This document shows, piece after piece, positions 58,828 through 64,000 of a stretch of 64,000 nt of DNA. The translations under genes and the position numbers were made by a program. The notes below the pieces were generated by a model, which worked only from the letters and a program-made list of their open reading frames with translations, did no database searches and was not told the origin of the DNA. The stretch is from assembly GCA_963765675.1 (NCBI GenBank), contig CAVXXK010000014.1, positions 64,001 to 128,000 of the forward strand. Direction: 5' to 3'. Each line of letters opens with the position of its first letter. Within the stretch, counting starts at the first letter, position 1. Source of the DNA: an uncultured delta proteobacterium. Its GTDB lineage: Bacteria; Desulfobacterota; Binatia; Binatales; Binataceae.

Positions 58828-60357
58828 TCAATCGTAGGCGGGCACAGGCAGCTCTGACAGGCGCGTGTGGCACATCTCGCAACTGCTGATTTCGCGCTCG
58901 CGTGCTGCAGGGTCGAGCGTGTCGTCAATCCAGCGGCGGAAGGTCTGGTAATTGCGCAACACCTGCGCCGAGTCGGTGCCGACTCCACCAAGGTCATAGT
59001 GAGGCGAATCGATTTCTGCCGCGAACGGACAGGCGTGGAAGCGGCCCTTGGTGGTGAGCACGGGGAAGCATCGCACGCATCCGGTCCCCCTGCCGTGGTA
59101 TTCGGCCTCGCGATCGAGATCGTAGGACCGGCGCGCGCCGGCGCCGGCGTGGAACAATACTTTGTAGCCTTTGAAGACCCGGCCCGGATGGGCAGTGCTC
59201 CAGGCTTCCAACTGCTCCTTTGCGTGAGTCGGCAGCGGCTCGGCGTCGCGGCCATGATAGATCGAATAATTCAGCACCGCCTCGGAGCGCGGGTCACTCT
59301 CGAGGATCTCGATTAGGCGGCCGGCCTTGATGCCATTGGAAAAGACGGTCACCAAACCACTGAAGCCGCGCGACCGGACGTAGCGAATAGCATCGATGAT
59401 CGCGCGGGCATGGAGCGTAGGCTCGCCGCCGTAAAATTTGAGATTGCCGTCGGCCGCGAGCGTCCGCACCGCCTGCTCGAGCACCTCGTGCGAATATGGC
59501 TCGTACCATCCGTGCGGTGAACCACTGATCGTGCACCAATCGCAAGTGCGATTGCAGAAGTTGCCTTCGTACAAATGCAGCTCGCGCAGTTCGCGGTCGG
59601 CCGCAGAGTAGTGCTCGACAGGCTCGTGAAAGAGAATCGGTCCCAAGTGCGGCTCGCGCGCGGAATCGTTCAGTCCCCAGTCATAGATGTTGTAAAGGAC
59701 CTCATAGCCTTCGATCGATCCGGGATCGACGCGAAGATTGCGCGCGATGAATGCCAGGACGCCGCGTCGATAGTCGTCGGCGGTGCCTTGCTTGCCAGCG
59801 AAATCTTCCGCGTACATCTTGAAGATGCGCGAGACGTATATGCGGCGATTCGCGCGGTCGATACGGCAATTCCATTCGCTGCCCAGGAACTGTTCGGTCG
59901 CCGCTCGCAGCGTGTCCTGGATGCCGGTGGGCTCGAAGGCCGCCGTCCGCATCGGAGGACATCCGTTGCTTCCGCAGTTGATCGCGAAGTGGATGCGCGG
60001 CTCGGTAAAGCGTCCGCGCAGGATCTCATGCTCGATCTCGTCGAGGCTGACCGCGCGGCCACCGGCGAGGTGGCGGCGGCGCTGAAAAAATGCGCCATCG
60101 CGCGTCTTCCACACCGAGCTTATGGGATACTCGGCAATGATCGCATGCAGTGTGAAGGCATTGTATGCGTTGAGCCAGTATGCGAGCCGGTCGTCGTCGG
60201 AGGGGAACGCGCCGGGCGAGGACTCGGGACTGGCGGCGGCGAACTCCGCGATCACCAGGTCGAGCTGCTCGCGGCATTCGCCCAGGCGCGCGTAGTCAAC
60301 CTTCCCGTCGGCGGTCACGATTTGCGCAAGCAGGCTGGTCCAATTGTCGTACAGCAT
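58828..60357 (-). CDS. DUF547-radical SAM fusion protein with Cys-rich (SPASM/twitch-like) C-terminus
   Basis: DUF547: LAYWLNAYN, LDEIEHEILR, EPRIHFAINCGSNGCP; rSAM: CNRTCDWC, GGEP, FSNG; tail CVRC...CPF...CEMC. Confidence 0.85.
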   Translation of the reverse strand: MLYDNWTSLLAQIVTADGKVDYARLGECREQLDLVIAEFAAASPESSPGAFPSDDDRLAYWLNAYNAFTLHAIIAEYPISSVWKTRDGAFFQRRRHLAGGRAVSLDEIEHEILRGRFTEPRIHFAINCGSNGCPPMRTAAFEPTGIQDTLRAATEQFLGSEWNCRIDRANRRIYVSRIFKMYAEDFAGKQGTADDYRRGVLAFIARNLRVDPGSIEGYEVLYNIYDWGLNDSAREPHLGPILFHEPVEHYSAADRELRELHLYEGNFCNRTCDWCTISGSPHGWYEPYSHEVLEQAVRTLAADGNLKFYGGEPTLHARAIIDAIRYVRSRGFSGLVTVFSNGIKAGRLIEILESDPRSEAVLNYSIYHGRDAEPLPTHAKEQLEAWSTAHPGRVFKGYKVLFHAGAGARRSYDLDREAEYHGRGTGCVRCFPVLTTKGRFHACPFAAEIDSPHYDLGGVGTDSAQVLRNYQTFRRWIDDTLDPAAREREISSCEMCHTRLSELPVPAYD

Positions 60358-60408
60358 GGTTGAAGTAGGTTCACAATAGACGCTATCAAGCGACTACGGC
60401 AACACAAC

Positions 60409-61749
60409 TTGGGCACTCCTCTGCGCATCTGCGTTTTCGCAAAACCTCCGCGGCCCGGTGAGGCGAAGACCCGGCTGATCCCGACGCTCGGCGCCGAGGG
60501 CGCGGCCAATCTTGCGCATGCATTTTTCAAAGACATCTGGGCATCGCTGCAAACGCTCGCGGATGCGGAGCTGATCCTTGTGGTTACCGAAAGCGATCCA
60601 GCATTCGAGGCGATCGGCGCAGAAGTCTGGCTGCAAAGCGACGGAGATCTGGGCGATCGGATGGAGCGCGCGCTGCGTCGCGCGCTGGAGGGCGCTGATT
60701 CTGCCGTAGTCATCGGCAGCGACTTGCCGGGTCTGCCGCTCAGAGTCTTGGAGCAGGCGCGCGAGGCCCTGCGGAGCGGCGCAGCGGTGCTCGGGCCAAG
60801 TGAAGACGGCGGTTTCTACCTGATCGGTCTGACGCGATGCCCCGACGGACTGTTGGCCGATCTGCCCTGGAGTCAGAGCGACACGTGCGAGCAAACCGCG
60901 GCACGCCTACGATCGCACGGGATGAGGGTACAGATGCTCGAGCGCTGGTTCGACATCGACGTGCCGGAGGATCTCGAGCATCTCGAGGAATTGATCGCGC
61001 GCGGAGAAATCTCCGTCCCTGCAACCAGCGCGGCGCTTCAGCAGATCCGCTCAAAGTGGCGTACGCGCATCAGCGTCGTGATTCCAGTGCTCAATGAGGA
61101 AGCGCGCATCGGCCAACGGCTGGAAGAGCTCCGACGTATCGATGGGATCGGCGAGGTGATCGTTGTCGACGGCGGCAGTATCGATCGCACGGTTGCCATC
61201 GCGCGATCGTTTCCCGGCGTCAAGGTGATCGAGGCGAGCCGCGGCCGTGCACGCCAGATGAATGCCGGAGCGGAGGCCGCGAGCGGCGACGCGATACTGT
61301 TTCTTCACGCCGATGTGTCGCTGCCGCCAGACGCCGCAGCGCTGATCAATCGCGCGCTCGATCAACACGGAGCAATCGCAGGCGCGTTCAAGACCTGGAC
61401 AATATCCGATACGCGCGCGAGACGGCTCGAGTTCCTATTGCATCTGGCCGATCTGCGCTCGCGTTACACCTCGCTGCCTTATGGCGACCAGGCGATCTTC
61501 GTCAATGCTCAGGTGTTTCGGGAACTTGGCGGCTATCCGGATCAGCCGTTGATGGAGGATCTCGAATTCAGCCGCAGACTGAAACGCCGCGGCAAGATCG
61601 TTCGAGTGCCGGCGAATGTCACGGTGTCCGGGCGCCGGTTCATCGAGCGCCCAATCTACTACGCCATTTTGATGAATCTCTTTCCGCTGCTCTATCGGCT
61701 GGGCGTGCCTGCTGCGAGTCTTGCACGATTCTATCGGGACTCACGTTAG
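60409..61749 (+). CDS. Fusion of TIGR04282 (DUF2064, CofC-like) and TIGR04283 (GT2) rSAM/selenodomain (arsenosugar)-associated transferases
   Basis: FAKPPRPGEAKTRL, GDLGDRM, IGSDLP, GPSEDGGFYLIG, DIDVPEDL; then IPVLNEE, VDGGS, RARQMNAGA, FLHAD, YGDQ, MED, SGRRF. Confidence 0.9.
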   Translation: MGTPLRICVFAKPPRPGEAKTRLIPTLGAEGAANLAHAFFKDIWASLQTLADAELILVVTESDPAFEAIGAEVWLQSDGDLGDRMERALRRALEGADSAVVIGSDLPGLPLRVLEQAREALRSGAAVLGPSEDGGFYLIGLTRCPDGLLADLPWSQSDTCEQTAARLRSHGMRVQMLERWFDIDVPEDLEHLEELIARGEISVPATSAALQQIRSKWRTRISVVIPVLNEEARIGQRLEELRRIDGIGEVIVVDGGSIDRTVAIARSFPGVKVIEASRGRARQMNAGAEAASGDAILFLHADVSLPPDAAALINRALDQHGAIAGAFKTWTISDTRARRLEFLLHLADLRSRYTSLPYGDQAIFVNAQVFRELGGYPDQPLMEDLEFSRRLKRRGKIVRVPANVTVSGRRFIERPIYYAILMNLFPLLYRLGVPAASLARFYRDSR

Positions 61750-61831
61750 GCCGCGGTACTCTGCGCGACGGCTATGATAACTAGGATGGCGCGCGCGATG
61801 ATCACCCGGTTCGAGTTTCCTCGATTACTCT

Positions 61832-62398
61832 CTACTTTCCGTTGCGAACATCAACGAAGACCGCCGCCGTAACCACGGTGGTCCACAGCCCGTCGCGATC
61901 GCCGATTGCCGACTGGGTAATATTGCGCGTCTGGACGATCTTGTCGGAGAGCTTCCAGATATCTTTGCGCTCGTCGTAGGAGACATTCGGATCAAACTCG
62001 ACGCCGAGCGCGGTCGCGAGCATGGTTGCGGCCAGGTCCTCGGCGTAGTCGCCCGCCTTCTGATCGGTCTGGCCGAAGCTCTTGTGTTCCGAAAGATAGC
62101 CGTACTGCTCTTTGTCGGCGGGGATCGCGAGGCCGACCGACGACGCGATCAGCCGGTGCGGCTCGTTGGTAGAATTATCGTACATCACGGCGTATACAAT
62201 CTGGCCGGCACTCAGAAGTTTCAGTCCGTCTTGTATCGATATGACTTTGCATCCCGGAGGAAAGATCGAGCTGACTCTGACCAGGTTGAACTCCGCAATT
62301 CGCGCGTCGCGCAGCGCCAACTCGAACGAGCTCAATTTCTCGCGATGCTTGCCGACGCCTTTGGTCAGAAAAATTGCGTTCCCGATCGGACCCATCAA
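61832..62398 (-). CDS. pdaD: Pyruvoyl-dependent arginine decarboxylase
   Basis: [19 protein letters not shown] (Ser-Ser autocleavage), YGYLSEH, AEDLAA. Confidence 0.88.
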   Translation of the reverse strand: MMGPIGNAIFLTKGVGKHREKLSSFELALRDARIAEFNLVRVSSIFPPGCKVISIQDGLKLLSAGQIVYAVMYDNSTNEPHRLIASSVGLAIPADKEQYGYLSEHKSFGQTDQKAGDYAEDLAATMLATALGVEFDPNVSYDERKDIWKLSDKIVQTRNITQSAIGDRDGLWTTVVTAAVFVDVRNGK

Positions 62399-62437
62399 CG
62401 ATCAGCCTCCATCACAATACCTCCGCGGGTCCATGGA

Positions 62438-63043
62438 TTACTTTAGCGCGCGGACCTTCTGGTTGGCTTCGCGCCCAAGACATTTCTGCAACCACGCTTG
62501 CGCTGCCGGTGTACCGGACAGGTCCAGGCGCATCATTGCGGCCCAGCTCAGCACCGAGGCGACGTTCAGATCCGCGATCGTGAAGGTCTTGCCCAGCAGG
62601 TAGTCTTTGCCTTTCAGCGACTCGTCGAGCGCTTTGAGCGGCCCCTTCAATGACTCCACCGCCGACGCTGCCGCTTTCTCGTCGCGCTTGTCGGGTGGAT
62701 TGAGCACGCGGTTCATAAGGATCGTTATGAGGAGCGGCTCGACTTCAGTCATCGCCCAGAAGCTCCATTTGTAGATATCGGCGTGCGAGGCGATGTCCGA
62801 GGGCCACAACGAACCCTTGCCGTACTTTTCGGCGAGGTAGAGATTGATCGCCAGCGATTCCCAAACCACCGCGCCTTCGTCCTCGAGCACCGGGACATGG
62901 CCGTGCGGATTGCGTTTCAGGTGTTCGGCGGACTTGGCCTCCGTCGTAGGCATCGCAACGTGATCGTACTTGACGCCGAGCTCTTCGAGCGCCCAGAGCG
63001 AGCGGGCACTGCGTGATTTTGAGGTGCCATAAAGTTTGGTCAT
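62438..63043 (-). CDS. Glutathione S-transferase family protein
   Basis: SRSARSLWALEELG, NPHGHVP, WESLAINLYLA, FTIADL; ATG at 63043 with GGAGG RBS. Confidence 0.92.
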   Translation of the reverse strand: MTKLYGTSKSRSARSLWALEELGVKYDHVAMPTTEAKSAEHLKRNPHGHVPVLEDEGAVVWESLAINLYLAEKYGKGSLWPSDIASHADIYKWSFWAMTEVEPLLITILMNRVLNPPDKRDEKAAASAVESLKGPLKALDESLKGKDYLLGKTFTIADLNVASVLSWAAMMRLDLSGTPAAQAWLQKCLGREANQKVRALK

Positions 63044-63199
63044 CGTCGATCCTCCGTTAGGTCGAAGCTCAAGTCGTAGTCCAGCCGTGGGGCACGATTC
63101 AAGGGGCGCCGGCACAGCCCTCTGACGCCGACTTGGGAGGTTGCCCCGAAGCGGCAGCTTGAGGCAATCATTGGAGTGGAGATCGATCGAGGTGAAAAA

Positions 63200-63577
63200 A
63201 TGATCAAGCTCGTCTATGTCATTCGAAAGCGTGCGGACGTTTCTGAAAAAGAATTCCACGATTATTGGCTGCATCGGCACGGGCCGCTGGTGACGCGCGT
63301 CGCAAAGGCAATCGGCGCGCGAAAATATGTCCAGAGCCACACGATCCTGCCCGACGCGGGTGCGGCGGTATCGCAATCGCGCAAGATGGCCGAGCCCTAC
63401 GACGGAATCACCGAGGTCTGGTGGGACAGCATCGAAGAGATGCAAGCCGGGTCGAGCACGGCCGAGGGCCAGGAAGCGGGCGAGCTGCTGTTGCAGGACG
63501 AATCGAAATTCATCGACTTCGCGCGTTCCACGATCTTCTTCACCGAGGAACATCTCATTTTCGATTTCAAACGGTAG
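63200..63577 (+). CDS. EthD-domain protein
   Basis: MIKLVY, EFHDYW..HGP, YVQSH, YDGITEVWW, DESKFID. Confidence 0.88.
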   Translation: MIKLVYVIRKRADVSEKEFHDYWLHRHGPLVTRVAKAIGARKYVQSHTILPDAGAAVSQSRKMAEPYDGITEVWWDSIEEMQAGSSTAEGQEAGELLLQDESKFIDFARSTIFFTEEHLIFDFKR

Positions 63578-63595
63578 AAGAACGGGGATCTCGAA

Positions 63596-64000
63596 ATGGG
63601 CAAGCTGATACTGGTGCGCCACGGCGAGAGCGAAGGCAACGTCACCCGGATCTTCACCACCACGCCGATGACGCTGGCGCTGACGGAGCTGGGCCGCCTT
63701 CAGGCCCGGCAGGCGGCCGAGCGCATCCGATCGGTGGCAAGTCCGCGGATCGTTATCGCGAGTCCTTACGTTCGCGCGCGCGATACGGGGATTATCATCG
63801 CCCGGCAGTTGACCCTCCCATTCGAGATTCGCGAAGGACTGCACGAGCGGGAAACTGGCGAGTTCGCCGGTAAGCCGTACGAATCAATCCTCCAGGCGCC
63901 GGACTACGATCATTCGCGGCCGTGGCGATGGGTCCCGCCGGGGGGCGAGTCCTATGAACACGTCCGCGATCGAGTCGGCCCGATTCTCGACGAGCTGGTC
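63596..64000 (+). CDS. Histidine phosphatase family protein (3' truncated by window edge)
   Basis: MGKLILVRHGES, LTELG, SPYVRARDT, PGGES; open to window end. Confidence 0.9.
   Translation, partial: MGKLILVRHGESEGNVTRIFTTTPMTLALTELGRLQARQAAERIRSVASPRIVIASPYVRARDTGIIIARQLTLPFEIREGLHERETGEFAGKPYESILQAPDYDHSRPWRWVPPGGESYEHVRDRVGPILDELV

Noticed and set aside
58394-58882. 163-aa N-terminal extension of the CoA transferase ORF
   Set aside because: Overlaps the channel-like gene in another frame; homology and RBS point to ATG 58393.
63044-63844. Long N-terminal extension of the GST ORF (468 aa)
   Set aside because: Antisense to the EthD and histidine phosphatase genes; the GST starts at 63043 with a GGAGG RBS.

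Overview
High-GC bacterial chromosomal window. The gene content (F420-type LLMs, CYP125-like P450, CaiB CoA transferase, PT-linker/choice-of-anchor-D secreted proteins) suggests a soil lineage such as Candidatus Binatia; this is inference only. 0-15.6 kb is a Wzx/Wzy exopolysaccharide locus with exosortase-A-associated markers, two methyltransferases and an unexplained phosphodiesterase + nucleotidyltransferase pair. 15.7-19.9 kb holds two convergent secreted GH50-like paralogs, one lacking the putative catalytic Glu. 20-37 kb is mixed: pfkB pseudogene, Crp, a MerR operon with a clear operator, divergent IlvC, NudC, LLMs, an S53 protease and a WYL regulator with twin operators. 37-48 kb is a KaiA-less kaiC-kaiB-kaiB-kinase-regulator cluster inside a stress/DNA-protection island. 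52-56 kb encodes PhnW-independent aminophosphonate catabolism plus a phosphonate monoester hydrolase. 58.8-61.7 kb holds a DUF547-radical SAM fusion divergent from a TIGR04282-TIGR04283 fusion; this is the best candidate for an undescribed system. Several garbled, indel-rich junctions (44.4, 45.8, 53.3-54.0 and 54.8 kb) may be long-read consensus errors. I saw no rRNA, tRNA, CRISPR array or intact mobile element. All family calls come from motif recognition by eye, not database searches.
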